Notes: a model not told the origin generated them from the letters alone. 64,000 bases of DNA from Candidatus Adiutrix sp. (GCA_031549025.1 JAVBQN010000061.1:6882-70881), one strand, 5' to 3'; shown: positions 25,583-35,476, counted from the stretch's first letter. Made by a program: numbers and translations.

Positions 25583-28153
25583 TTAACGTTTCATTTCAAT
25601 GACTTCCGCCAACATGGTGTCGGTGGTGGTGACAGTTTTGGAGTTGGCCTGGAAACCGCGCTGGGTGACGATCATGTTGACGATCTCCTCGGCCAGGTCC
25701 ACGTTGGACTGTTCGAGGAAGTTGGCCAGAATCGTGCCCGTGCCGCCGTATCCCGGAGGATTGAGGGCGCCCGAGCCGGAGTAGCGGGTTTCCGAGAACA
25801 GGTTGTCGCCTTCCTTGGAAAGGCCCCAGGGGTTGAGGAAGCGGGTCAGGCCGATCTGGTAGAGGGCCTGGTGCCGGCCGTTGGAATAGATGCCCGTGAC
25901 CACGCCGTCCTCGCCGATGGAGACCCTCTGCAAGGACCCGGCCGGAAAGCCGTCCTGGCCGGAGAAGGCGGTGGAGGTTTCGCCCGCATACTGGGTGGTG
26001 CTCATCTCGTCCAGCACCCACTTGGGGTTGGAGCCGTTGTATTTGGCGCCCATGTCGAAGGAGATGTGCTGGGACAGGGTGGGCATGCCCGACGGATACG
26101 GGGGATGGAGAGCCATGGAGGCCGACTGGACAAAGGCCACGTCAAAACCGAACAATCCGTCCTGCATGTCTTTGGGCTTCAGGTCGGTCCAGGCCGTCTG
26201 CTCGCTGGAGGTGGAAACCTTGATTTTATCCACACCCGGAGTGCCGAAGCTCAGGGGCAGCATGTCCTGGTCGAAGGTGATGGTCAGGCCGCTGCCGAAC
26301 TGGTAGGGGCCGGCGTAGTTGACATCGTTGATCGGAATATAGGAGATGTTGCCCAGCGAATCCACCACGGTGAAGCCGGAGGTGGGCGGGTTGCCCGGCA
26401 CCAGATTGCTCCAGTCGTTGGCAGTGGGCATGGGGTCGGGCGTGCCGGCGGCGGCCATGGCGGCCTCATAGTCGGTGATATTTTGGGCGCGTGTGATGCT
26501 GTCGGGGCCTTCGGGATCCCTGACCGGAACTTGAGTCGAGCACCAACTGGCATAACGGGTTGTCCACGCGTTGAGACGGGCCTGGGTGGAGCCCCAGGTG
26601 ATGGTGTAGGTGCGCGAGGTGGCCTCGTACATGATGCCGCTGTTCTTCAGCGCGGTGGGGTCGATGCTGGGCGAGCCGTTGTAGTAGCCGCCGATGGCGG
26701 CGGTCTGCGTGAGTTGGCTCTCGGCGCTTTTGGTGTCCGGCTTCTGGATGACGGACATTTTGCTGAGCCCCAAATTCAGGTTCTGGGCCTCGATGTCCTT
26801 GATGACCCCGCCGTGGCGGTCGTCGCCGTCGCCGGAGAAGGTGATCTTGCCCTTCTGGATGAGACCGGAGAACGAGGCCGTCTCGCTGAACAGCAGGGCC
26901 AGGTTCCCGTCCTTCCGAGCATCCTCCGTGGGGTCGCAGGTGATGATGTAATCCCAGACGTTTTCCATGACCGGGTTTTTCTGGTAATAGATCATCAGCT
27001 TGTGTTCGGAACCCAGGGAGTCGTAGATGACCCGGGCTTCGGCGTGGATGTCGTTGTTGGTGTCGATGGGCGGGTTGTTCTGGGCGTTCCAGGCCGCGGC
27101 GAAGCCGTCGCCTTCAATCTGCCATTGCTCTTGGACGCTGCCGCTGAGTTCCTTGTAATAGAGAGGATATTTCTCATTATAGGCCCTGGTGTAGGCGGCT
27201 TCCCCTTGGGCCGCGGCCAGGGATTCCATCTGCCCGGTGGCCTGAGTCACCAAGGCGTTGTAGTCCGTCTGGGTCATCCAGCCTTGCGCCCGGGCCGCGG
27301 GAGAAACTGGCCCATCCGCGTCCAGGATCACCCGCATGTTGGTGATGAGATTGCTATAGCCGGTGCCGTCAACGCCGAAGGTCGTCTTGAAGGCGTCCAT
27401 GAAAAATTGATCGAATTCCGGTTTGCTGGACTCGGCCAGGGTGGTTCCGGTAGGAGACGGGATCGGGTCAGTCGACGGCTTGGCGGGGTAGTCCGGCCCG
27501 GCGGGCTCGGGGTACCAGACAGCCCGGGCGGAGGTGAGGCGAGCCGCTTCCGCATCGATTTTGGCTTTGGCGGTGGCGTAGTCCACGGCCAACTGATCCT
27601 GCTTATACTTATAGGCCGTCTTGTCGTCGGCGTTGAGGTTGGTGACGATCTTGATCTGGGAAGTTTTCACCGGGGGCGCGTTCAGGACCGTGATCTTGAT
27701 GTCCATGGGGGCCCCGATGCGCACCGGGTCCTGCCCCGGCTTGGGAATGGACATCTGCCAGCCCTGGAGGATGTTGCCCGACGGGTCCTGCATGTAGCCG
27801 TCTTTGTTGAGGGTGAAAACCCCGGCCCGGGTATACTGGACGGCGTTGGTGACGTTGTTGCGGACGCTGAAAAATCCTTCGCCGGCGATGGCCATGTCGG
27901 TGTCCTGGGCCGAGCTCATGAAGGCCCCCTGGGTGAACATGGACTGGATGCTGGAAACCTTGACCCCGCAGCCGCGCTGGTTGACCTGGCCGCCGGAGAA
28001 ATAATTCTGGGAGATCAGGTCCTCGTAGTTGGTGCGGCCGGCCTTGAAGCCGACGGTGTTGACGTTGGCGATATTGTTGCTGATGGTCTGCATCCCGGTT
28101 CCGAGAGCCGACAGACCCGTTACGGCCGCGTACAGTGCGCTGCTCAAGGCCAT
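25583..28153 (-). CDS. flgE: Flagellar hook protein FlgE (long form, 856 aa)
   Basis: The N-terminus SALYAAVTGLSALGTGMQTISNNIANVNTVGFK and the C-terminus NFLEQSNVDLAEEIVNMIVTQRGFQANSKTVTTTDTMLAEVIEMKR are the conserved rod/hook D0-D1 segments. A large central insertion separates them. Confidence 0.92.
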   Translation of the reverse strand: MALSSALYAAVTGLSALGTGMQTISNNIANVNTVGFKAGRTNYEDLISQNYFSGGQVNQRGCGVKVSSIQSMFTQGAFMSSAQDTDMAIAGEGFFSVRNNVTNAVQYTRAGVFTLNKDGYMQDPSGNILQGWQMSIPKPGQDPVRIGAPMDIKITVLNAPPVKTSQIKIVTNLNADDKTAYKYKQDQLAVDYATAKAKIDAEAARLTSARAVWYPEPAGPDYPAKPSTDPIPSPTGTTLAESSKPEFDQFFMDAFKTTFGVDGTGYSNLITNMRVILDADGPVSPAARAQGWMTQTDYNALVTQATGQMESLAAAQGEAAYTRAYNEKYPLYYKELSGSVQEQWQIEGDGFAAAWNAQNNPPIDTNNDIHAEARVIYDSLGSEHKLMIYYQKNPVMENVWDYIITCDPTEDARKDGNLALLFSETASFSGLIQKGKITFSGDGDDRHGGVIKDIEAQNLNLGLSKMSVIQKPDTKSAESQLTQTAAIGGYYNGSPSIDPTALKNSGIMYEATSRTYTITWGSTQARLNAWTTRYASWCSTQVPVRDPEGPDSITRAQNITDYEAAMAAAGTPDPMPTANDWSNLVPGNPPTSGFTVVDSLGNISYIPINDVNYAGPYQFGSGLTITFDQDMLPLSFGTPGVDKIKVSTSSEQTAWTDLKPKDMQDGLFGFDVAFVQSASMALHPPYPSGMPTLSQHISFDMGAKYNGSNPKWVLDEMSTTQYAGETSTAFSGQDGFPAGSLQRVSIGEDGVVTGIYSNGRHQALYQIGLTRFLNPWGLSKEGDNLFSETRYSGSGALNPPGYGGTGTILANFLEQSNVDLAEEIVNMIVTQRGFQANSKTVTTTDTMLAEVIEMKR

Positions 28154-28226
28154 GATTTCCTCCTGCCCGTGTGTGCTGCTATATTTTCTTCGGCGGTCCG
28201 CCCCGCCTGGTGATTTCTTGAGTGGG

Positions 28227-28964
28227 TCAGCCGTTGTCGGTGGTTTTGTCGCCGGCCTGGCCGCCTTGCAGGATCTGGATGACCTGGCTCAGGCTCAGCG
28301 CGGCGTGGCCCATGTGGACGATGGGCTGGCCCGAGGAACTGAAGGAGACGCTGGTGATTTTGCCGGACACCTGCGGGTAGACCCCGTCTTCCAGGACTTC
28401 GCCGTTCATGCTGGTGGCCGTGACCTGGAATTTGTAGGCCCCGTCCTCGACCTTCTTGCCGCTGTTGTTCAGGCCGTCCCAGCCGATATTGTGTTCGCCG
28501 GCCGCCACGGTTCCCAGGTCGAGCGACCGCACCTGGTTGCCCTTGAGGTCGGTGATGTAGACGATGACCCGGGCCGCCTCGGTGGTGATGACGCTGGCGT
28601 TCACATCGGTCCGGCCGTCGGTGACGCTGAGCTGGTCGTTTTCGGCCAACACTTCCTTGCCGATCATGGTCAGGGTCTGGAATTGGTTCTGGGCCTGGAT
28701 GTAGCCGGTCATGGTCTCGATGGACGAGTTCATGTTGGCCAACTGTTCCAACTGGGAGAACTGGGCCAGTTGGGCCGTCATCTCGGTGTTCTCCATGGGG
28801 TTGGTGGGATCCTGGTTCTGAAGCTGGGTCAGGAGAAGCGTGAGGAAGGCGTCCTTGCCCAACTGCCGTTCAGAACCGTCCGTGACCGGAATCGTATCTT
28901 TGGTCCAGGCCTTCTGCGGCGTGATGTGGCCCGAAGGGGGATTGTTGGCGGCGTAGATGGTCAT
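28227..28964 (-). CDS. flgD: Flagellar hook assembly/capping protein FlgD
   Basis: LGKDAFLTLLLTQLQNQDPTNPM and AQLAQFSQLEQL (FlgD N-domain), plus a FLgD_ig-like C-terminal half (GEHNIGWDGLNNSGKKVEDGAYKF). Confidence 0.92.
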   Translation of the reverse strand: MTIYAANNPPSGHITPQKAWTKDTIPVTDGSERQLGKDAFLTLLLTQLQNQDPTNPMENTEMTAQLAQFSQLEQLANMNSSIETMTGYIQAQNQFQTLTMIGKEVLAENDQLSVTDGRTDVNASVITTEAARVIVYITDLKGNQVRSLDLGTVAAGEHNIGWDGLNNSGKKVEDGAYKFQVTATSMNGEVLEDGVYPQVSGKITSVSFSSSGQPIVHMGHAALSLSQVIQILQGGQAGDKTTDNG

Positions 28965-29009
28965 GATCGTCTCTCCTCGATAAATTGGAAAACTTCGCTC
29001 GAAATCGGG

Positions 29010-30725
29010 TCAGACCACCCGGTAGAGTTCGCCCTGGTGCGCGGCGGCGCCGTCGGACGCGGCCGGGCCGGTTTCCTGAATCCGGCCGGCTTTCCGGGCC
29101 CGGGCTTCGGCCATCCCGAGGTCCGCGAATTCGCGGTTCCCGGTGGCCTGGTCGTCATAGGACAGGGTGAGGTTGCCGATCGAGAGGCCCCCGTCGGCCA
29201 GGGCCTGTTTCAGGTCGTCGATTTCATTGGCCAGGGCCTCGTAGGCTTCCCGGTTCTCGGCCCGGATGTGGGCCACCAGTTCGCCGCCCTTGACTTTCAG
29301 TTCGATATCCAGCCGCCCCATGTCCACGGGGTTGAGGTTCATCTTCAGGCGGTGCAGGCCCCGGCGGTGGCTGTAGACCATTTTCTGCGAAATCTGCCGG
29401 GCCAGGCTCTCCTGCCCGCCGTAGCCGGCAAAAGTTTCCGCCGCCTCTATGGCCGCGGCCGGGGTCGGCTCGGCGCCCTGGGCCTGGTGGAGCATCTGGC
29501 GGTAGTGTTCCTTGCTCTCGTGGTCCTGGTGCTGGGCGTTCTGGCCGCCCAAACCGCCCTGGCCGGGGTGGCCGCCCGGCGAGGCGTTCTGGCTCATGGC
29601 CGAAACGCCGCCCCGGAGGGCCTGGAGGGCCGGGGAGAGTTTTGTGAAATTATCGTCGATATCGCGGTCGCCGAGGGCCTGGATCTTGGTGAGGACTTCG
29701 TTGAAAACCGGGGTCTTCACCAGTTCCTGCTCGCGGGAGATGTTTTCCATGATCGCCTTGACCATCTCCAGCTCCTTGCCGGTGACGGTTTTGGTCGGGG
29801 TGGTCTCCATCCCTTCGATGAAGCCCAGGAAATCGTCCATGGACATCTGCCCCTGGGTCTTGGCCAAGAGGGTGGAGAGGCCGTTCAATTGGTCGTCGGT
29901 GGCGCCCATGGATTTGAGCATGGAGGCCAGGTTCCGGGCGTCGGCCTCGGAAAGGGTGGAGGCGAGGAGGCCGTCGTCGCCCGAGCCGATGATCTGCCGC
30001 AGGGCCGCCGCGGTGACTTTGTCGCCGGGCTGGAAGCCGCTGGTCACTTTTCCCATGATGTCCGTGGAGGCGCCGAGGCTGCCGAAGAACTGTCCCAGGG
30101 CCGGGAGGCCGTCCGCGGTGGCGGTGAGGCCGCCGGTGGCGCCGGTGGGGAAATTGAGCTGGGAAAGGCCGAAGAATATCCGGTCCAGGGTCATGTCGCC
30201 CTTGGCCAGGTCGGAGAGGAACTTGTTGATGCTTTCGTCGTCCAGCCCACTGTCGGCCAGCACCTGGCCCAGGGCCGGGAGGGCGCTCTTGTCAAGCTTC
30301 ATGACGCCGCGTTCGGCGCCCAGGCTGTTCAGGATGCCCTTCAGGGCTTCCGCCGAGGAATGGCAGCCCATCAGGCCCGCGCCGGCGGCCATGGAATCGG
30401 CCGAGGAGCCGGTCTGGCCCATGGCCACCAGGCCCAGGCCCACCTGCTTTTTATAGGAGGACGGCAGGCCCGCGCGGGCCAGTTCGAGGCCTTCGGCCAC
30501 TTCCGAGGCTCCCCCGACGCCCTTTTTGAAAGACAGGGGGCCGTTCAGGGTGGCGCGGTTGGCCAGCTTCCGGTTCCGCAGGACTTTTTCACGGATTTTA
30601 TCGTTTTCCCGGGCCTTTTCCAGCATCCGCTCGAAGCTGTCATCCCGGCCGCGGTCGGCATAAAGCGAGCCGGCTTTCGAGCTTGAGGTCTTGGTGTCGT
30701 TGAGGAGGGTGCTGATGGCGTCCAC
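29010..30725 (-). CDS. fliK: Flagellar hook-length control protein FliK
   Basis: GTG start with AGGAG 8 nt upstream. The N-terminal region is low-complexity. The C-terminal Flg_hook domain has LKMNLNPVDMGRLDIELKVKGGELVAHIRAENREAYEAL. Gene order is fliK-flgD-flgE. Confidence 0.85.
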   Translation of the reverse strand: MDAISTLLNDTKTSSSKAGSLYADRGRDDSFERMLEKARENDKIREKVLRNRKLANRATLNGPLSFKKGVGGASEVAEGLELARAGLPSSYKKQVGLGLVAMGQTGSSADSMAAGAGLMGCHSSAEALKGILNSLGAERGVMKLDKSALPALGQVLADSGLDDESINKFLSDLAKGDMTLDRIFFGLSQLNFPTGATGGLTATADGLPALGQFFGSLGASTDIMGKVTSGFQPGDKVTAAALRQIIGSGDDGLLASTLSEADARNLASMLKSMGATDDQLNGLSTLLAKTQGQMSMDDFLGFIEGMETTPTKTVTGKELEMVKAIMENISREQELVKTPVFNEVLTKIQALGDRDIDDNFTKLSPALQALRGGVSAMSQNASPGGHPGQGGLGGQNAQHQDHESKEHYRQMLHQAQGAEPTPAAAIEAAETFAGYGGQESLARQISQKMVYSHRRGLHRLKMNLNPVDMGRLDIELKVKGGELVAHIRAENREAYEALANEIDDLKQALADGGLSIGNLTLSYDDQATGNREFADLGMAEARARKAGRIQETGPAASDGAAAHQGELYRVV

Positions 30726-30778
30726 TTTGGAATCTCCTGTCTGTTTCCGGCGGTTTCTTTTTCCGCGCCATCGAATAA

Positions 30779-30794
30779 TGCAACCCGTGTGCCA
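30779..30794 (-). promoter_or_regulatory. Sigma54 (-24/-12) promoter for fliK-flgD-flgE
   Basis: The minus strand reads TGGCAC-ACGGG-TTGCA (GG-N10-GC spacing exact). The -12 element is about 55 nt upstream of the fliK GTG. Confidence 0.7.
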
Positions 30795-30962
30795 AGGTGT
30801 GAACCTTGTATTATCACTATGTTAACTTGCAAAGAGCTAGGCAAAAACGGCCCGGGCCCCCTGCCCGGGGCAGGATTTGCCTTCCCCCGGGATCGGACTT
30901 GCCTCATGGCCGGCCCCATGTTACAGTGAACCCGGAAATTAGGTTTACCGGAGTGAAGACCC

Positions 30963-31709
30963 ATGCGCGAGGATGTTGAGGATACTTTGGAAACGCCTGG
31001 AATGCGGAAGAGTTCGGTGGCCATCCGGAACATGTTCTCCAGTGTGGCCCGGCGCTATGACCTGGCCAACCGGGTCATGAGCCTGGGCCGCGATCTCTTC
31101 TGGCGCCGGGCCCTGGCCCGCCGGATCAGAATCCTGGAGGGCGGGGGCCATCTCCTGGATTTGGCCGCGGGCACGGGCGACCAGATCGTGGCCGCCAAAC
31201 AGTGCTGGCCGGGCCTGGCCGTCACCGGGCTGGACCTCTCCCCGGCCATGATGGACCTGGCCGCCCCGAAATTCGCCCGCCTGGCTCCGCCCCGGCCGGA
31301 GATGGTGACGGGCGACGCCCTGGACCTGCCGTTCGCCGACGGGAGCTTCGACTCCGTGTCCATCGCCTTCGGTTTGCGCAACATCCCCGACCGGGCCGGG
31401 GTCTACCGGGAGGTTCTGCGGGTTTTGAAGCCCGGCGGCCGCTTCCTGGTGCTGGAGATGTTCCACGACCGGGCCTCCCTCTGGGCCCCGGCGATCAACC
31501 TGTATCTGCGCCGGCTGGTGCCCTTCCTGGGCGGCCGCCTGGTCAGCCGGGAGCGCGAGGCCTACCGCTACCTGGTATCCTCCATCCTGGCCTTCCCCCG
31601 GCCGGAGGTTCTGGCCCGGGAGATGAGCCAGGCCGGCTTCATCGACCTGGCCGGCCGCGCCTATACTTTCAATACCACCATGCTGGTGTGGGGCCATAAA
31701 CCGCAATGA
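30963..31709 (+). CDS. ubiE: Demethylmenaquinone/ubiquinone C-methyltransferase
   Basis: MFSSVARRYDLANRVMSLG, LLDLAAGTGD, FGLRNIPD, LKPGGRFLVLE and VWGHK match the UbiE/MenG family. An alternative start is at 31002. Confidence 0.88.
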   Translation: MREDVEDTLETPGMRKSSVAIRNMFSSVARRYDLANRVMSLGRDLFWRRALARRIRILEGGGHLLDLAAGTGDQIVAAKQCWPGLAVTGLDLSPAMMDLAAPKFARLAPPRPEMVTGDALDLPFADGSFDSVSIAFGLRNIPDRAGVYREVLRVLKPGGRFLVLEMFHDRASLWAPAINLYLRRLVPFLGGRLVSREREAYRYLVSSILAFPRPEVLAREMSQAGFIDLAGRAYTFNTTMLVWGHKPQ

Positions 31710-31747
31710 CTGAGGGGAATCTCTAAAAAGAAAGGACGCGCCGGCTC

Positions 31748-32314
31748 ATGAACGAAGTGATCAAGGCCTTGCTGGAACGCCGCAGCATTCGTCAGTACCG
31801 TCCCGACCCGGTGGAGGAAAAGGACCTGGAGGCCATCCTCAACGCCGGACTGTACGCCCCGTCGTCGCGGAGCACGCAGGCCGTGCATCTGACGGCCATC
31901 GTCAACCCCGACCTCATCGCCGGCCTGGATACGGCCCTGAAAAAGGCCTCGGTCAAGCCGGGTTTCGACAAATACGCGGCCATGGTCGGATCGTCGGCCT
32001 ACACCATCAATTTCAGGAACGCCCCGGTCTTCATCGTCGCCTCGGTGGATCCCACGCGCACCGCCTGTCCGGGCGAGGACGCGGCCCTGGTGCTGGGCAA
32101 CATTTTTCTGGCGGCCCACAGCCTGGGCTATGGCACCTGCTGGGTCAACCAGCTGGGCCCGGCGGCCGACGAGCCGGAATTCCGCCGCTTCCTCACCCAA
32201 CTGGGCGTGCCCGAGGGGTACCGGGTCATCGGCAGCACGGCCCTGGGCCGCCCGGCCGGGGGCCACCCCCGGGCCCCGTCCCGCCGGGCCGGCCGGGTGC
32301 ACATCGTCCGGTGA
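31748..32314 (+). CDS. Nitroreductase family protein
   Basis: LLERRSIRQYRPDPV, LNAGLYAPSS and GYGTCWV are nitroreductase-fold motifs. Confidence 0.85.
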   Translation: MNEVIKALLERRSIRQYRPDPVEEKDLEAILNAGLYAPSSRSTQAVHLTAIVNPDLIAGLDTALKKASVKPGFDKYAAMVGSSAYTINFRNAPVFIVASVDPTRTACPGEDAALVLGNIFLAAHSLGYGTCWVNQLGPAADEPEFRRFLTQLGVPEGYRVIGSTALGRPAGGHPRAPSRRAGRVHIVR

Positions 32315-32316
32315 CC

Positions 32317-33393
32317 ATGGCCAAGCGGGTTTTGTTGGGTTTGTCGGGGGGCGTGGATTCGGCCGTTTCGGCCCTCATGCTCCAGGAGCGCGGCTATGAG
32401 GTGACGGCGGCGCGGATGAGCGTCTACGCCGGCCCGGACGCCCCCGGCCTCACGGCCGGCTGCTACGGCCGTTCGGCCGGGGAGGACACGGCCTCGGCCG
32501 AGGCCCTGGCCCGGCGGCTAAACATCCCCTTCCATGTGCTCGACTGCGCCGAAGCGTATGAGGAACTGGTGCTGGGGTATTTCCGGCGGGAATACCTGGC
32601 CGGCCGCACGCCCAACCCCTGCGTCCGTTGCAATCAGACGATCAAGTTCGGGGCCCTGTGGCGGGCGGCCGAAGCGGCCGGGATCGCCTTCGATTTCTTC
32701 GCCACCGGCCACTACGCCCGGATCGAGCGCTCCGCCGAAACCGGCCGGCCCCTCCTCAAGCGGGGCCTGGACCCACGCAAGGACCAGTCCTACTTCCTCT
32801 ACCGCCTCAGCCGTGAACAGTTGGCCCGCACCCTCTTCCCCCTGGGGGAACTGACCAAGGACGAGGTGCGCCGCCGGGCCGCCGCCTATGGCCTGGCCGT
32901 GCACGACCGCCCCGACAGCCAGGATTTCTACGGCGGCGATTACGTGGAGCTCTTGGGTGCGGCGGATAGGGAAGGGGCGATCGTGGATACGGCCGGGCGG
33001 GTGCTCGGCCGGCACCAGGGCTTCTGGCGCTACACCCCGGGCCAGCGCAGGGGCCTGGGCGTGGCCGGGGGCGTGCCGCTGTACGTGTTGCGGGTGATTC
33101 CGGAGCGGAACGAAGTGGTGGTCGGGGCGGCCGAGGAAAACGCTTCGTCCGGCTGCCTTCTGGACGATTTGAGTTTTTTGGCCCCCGAGCCGGCCCCGGG
33201 GACGAACCTCCGAGCCCGGCTGCGGTCCTCCCAGCCTTTGCAGGACGTGACCGCGGCCGGCCGGGACGGTTCCGGCCGCCTGCGGGTGAATTTTTGGAAA
33301 AAGCTGTCCGGGCTGGCCCCGGGCCAGTCGCTGGTCCTGTATCAGGACGACGTGGTGGTCGGCGGCGGAATCATTCTGGAGGGAGTGGAATAG
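32317..33393 (+). CDS. mnmA: tRNA-specific 2-thiouridylase MnmA
   Basis: MAKRVLLGLSGGVDSAVSA (PP-loop), NPCVRCNQTIKF, ATGHYAR and DQSYFL. The ORF track starts at GTG 32311; the ATG at 32317 is preferred. Confidence 0.92.
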   Translation: MAKRVLLGLSGGVDSAVSALMLQERGYEVTAARMSVYAGPDAPGLTAGCYGRSAGEDTASAEALARRLNIPFHVLDCAEAYEELVLGYFRREYLAGRTPNPCVRCNQTIKFGALWRAAEAAGIAFDFFATGHYARIERSAETGRPLLKRGLDPRKDQSYFLYRLSREQLARTLFPLGELTKDEVRRRAAAYGLAVHDRPDSQDFYGGDYVELLGAADREGAIVDTAGRVLGRHQGFWRYTPGQRRGLGVAGGVPLYVLRVIPERNEVVVGAAEENASSGCLLDDLSFLAPEPAPGTNLRARLRSSQPLQDVTAAGRDGSGRLRVNFWKKLSGLAPGQSLVLYQDDVVVGGGIILEGVE

Positions 33394-34654
33394 CGGGTTT
33401 CGGCGCCCGGAACACCACGTGCTCCAGGAAGATGGCCGTAACCAGCCCCATGACGAAGCCGTTGGCCGCCAGGGGCCGGATGAGTTCCGGAAAGCCGGTG
33501 AAAGCGGCCGGCGGAGCGAAGGAAACCACCAGCCCCACCATCAGCGGCAGGCCTACGGTCAGCCCGCCGGAAAACTCGGCCACGCCCCGGTCCGACAACA
33601 GCACGGCCAGGCTGCTGGCCAGCTGCCCGGCCATGAGGTAGAGCATCAAGGCGCCCATCACCGTTTCCGGCAAAAGCGTGAACAGCATCACCGCCCGGGG
33701 GAAGAAAGCGCAGACGAAGAGCCCGATCCCGGCCGGAATCATGGTGCGGCGCGCGGCGCAGCCCGTGCCGGCGATGACCCCGGCGCTCAGGGCGAAGCTC
33801 ACCGGCCCGATCACCCCCAGGGCTCCGGCGGCCAGGTTGGCCAGCCCCTGGCTGAACATGCCCCGCCGGACCCGGCCGGGCATGTCGTCGGCTTTGAGCA
33901 TGTGCCCGACGGCCTCGATGGAGCTCAGTTCGTTAAGGGCCAGGGCCACCAGGCAAAAGAGGAAGGCCAGGACCGGCCCGGCCTGGAAAGCCAGCCGGTC
34001 CGGGAAAAGGGGGCCGGCCGCACTCGGGATCGGCCCCGGCACTTCGGGCCAGCCGAAGACCAGGAAGTAGGCCAGGCTCCCCCCGGCCAGACCCAGAAGA
34101 ACCGTGAGGGATTTCCACACCCCCGGCAGCCGGCGGTTCAGGATGACGAGGATCAGCACCAGGACCCCGGTGAAGACCAGGCGGGCCGAGGCCCGGTCCC
34201 CGGTGGACAAGGTCAGCCGGAGGATGGTGGGGGCCAGGGTCAGGGCGATGAGGAGCAGCACCACGGCCACCAGGCGCGTGGTGAAAAAGACGCGCAGCCG
34301 GGCCACCAGCCCCGTGGCCGCGGCCAGGGCCATCAGTCCGCCGCCCACCATGAGCGCGGTCCGCACCGCCAGGGGGTCCGTGGCCAGGGAGGCCGTCAGC
34401 CCCACCAGGAGCACCGTGGCCGGCCCCACCACCAGCGGCAGGCGGTGCCCCAGAATGACCTGGATCACCGTGATCAGCCCGGTCAGGGCGAAAAGTTTCT
34501 GGAGATAAAACGCCTGTTCGCCCAAGCCCTGGTGGTGCAGCCGGCTGGCCACCACCCCCATGATCACCAGGCACGGCAGCGAAATGGCCCACCACTGGAG
34601 GCCGTAGAGAAGCATCGGCCCCGCCCCGGGCCGGTCGTTCAGCTCGTATTTCAT
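33371..34654 (-). CDS. Nucleobase:cation symporter (NCS2/xanthine-uracil permease family)
   Basis: The ATG at 34654 (MKYELNDRPG) lies within the long ORF 33371..35506. It encodes 427 aa (428 codons including the stop) with about 12 hydrophobic segments, and LLYGLQWW and GPATVLLVG are NCS2-like. Confidence 0.75.
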   Translation of the reverse strand: MKYELNDRPGAGPMLLYGLQWWAISLPCLVIMGVVASRLHHQGLGEQAFYLQKLFALTGLITVIQVILGHRLPLVVGPATVLLVGLTASLATDPLAVRTALMVGGGLMALAAATGLVARLRVFFTTRLVAVVLLLIALTLAPTILRLTLSTGDRASARLVFTGVLVLILVILNRRLPGVWKSLTVLLGLAGGSLAYFLVFGWPEVPGPIPSAAGPLFPDRLAFQAGPVLAFLFCLVALALNELSSIEAVGHMLKADDMPGRVRRGMFSQGLANLAAGALGVIGPVSFALSAGVIAGTGCAARRTMIPAGIGLFVCAFFPRAVMLFTLLPETVMGALMLYLMAGQLASSLAVLLSDRGVAEFSGGLTVGLPLMVGLVVSFAPPAAFTGFPELIRPLAANGFVMGLVTAIFLEHVVFRAPKPAIPLPPE

Positions 34655-34699
34655 CGTCGCCCCCTTCGCCCATATCCCATATTCCGACCGGAGGAAATC

Positions 34700-35476
34700 A
34701 TGAAACTCAACGCTGTGCACACCATTGTCCTCAGCCCGTGCGGCGGCACCCTGAAGGCGGCCGAAGCCGTGGCCCGGGGCATCCCCCTGGAGCGGCGCGT
34801 CCACAACCACACCCGGCCCGACAAGCGGCGGGCCCTGTCCTGCGGGCCGGAGGAGCTGGTGATTTTCGGCTTCCCCGTGTATGCCGGCCGGGTGCCCGGC
34901 GTGGCCGAGGCCGTGTTCCGGAACCTGTCCGGCCGCCATACCCCGGCCGTCTTGGTGGCGGTCTACGGCAACCGGGAATTCGAAGGGGCCCTGCTGGACC
35001 TCGACCGCCTGGCCCGGGAGCGGGGCTTTCAGCCCGTGGCCGCCTCGGCCGCCGTGGCCGAGCATTCCCTGGATTCGGCCGTGGCCGCCGGCCGGCCCGA
35101 CGCGGCGGACGCGGCCGCGCTGGCGGATTTCGGCCGTCAGATCTACGAGCGCCTCCTGGCCCAGCCCGATCTGGAAGCCTTTCCCTTCGAGGCCCCCGGA
35201 GCCTATCCCGAGCCCCGGCCGTCCGGCGGCGGCTTCCGGCCCGTGGCCGATCCCGAACGCTGCACCGCCTGCGGCCAGTGCGTCCCGGCCTGCCCGGTAT
35301 CCGCCATCCCCGAGGACGATCCCCTCCAGACCGCCGAAACATGCATAGCCTGCGCCGCCTGCCTCAAGGTCTGCCCGGAAGAGGCCCGGGCCTTTCCGCC
35401 GGCCCAGGCCGAGCCCCTCCAGGCCTGGCTTCGCGGCGTCACCGCCGAGCGCAAGAATCCCCAGTTCTTTTTCTGA
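34700..35476 (+). CDS. Flavodoxin-like domain fused to a 2x[4Fe-4S] ferredoxin (EFR1-type)
   Basis: The ATG at 34700 follows GGAGGAAATC. VIFGFPVYAGRVP (flavodoxin-like), then CTACGQCVPACP and CIACAACLKVCP. Confidence 0.75.
   Translation: MKLNAVHTIVLSPCGGTLKAAEAVARGIPLERRVHNHTRPDKRRALSCGPEELVIFGFPVYAGRVPGVAEAVFRNLSGRHTPAVLVAVYGNREFEGALLDLDRLARERGFQPVAASAAVAEHSLDSAVAAGRPDAADAAALADFGRQIYERLLAQPDLEAFPFEAPGAYPEPRPSGGGFRPVADPERCTACGQCVPACPVSAIPEDDPLQTAETCIACAACLKVCPEEARAFPPAQAEPLQAWLRGVTAERKNPQFFF

Noticed and set aside
25553-30686. 885-886-aa plus-strand ORFs (25553..28213, 28029..30686) antisense to flgE, flgD and fliK
   Set aside because: They are Gly/Val/Asp/Arg-rich with no recognisable domains. 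The minus-strand frames encode unmistakable FlgE, FlgD and FliK.
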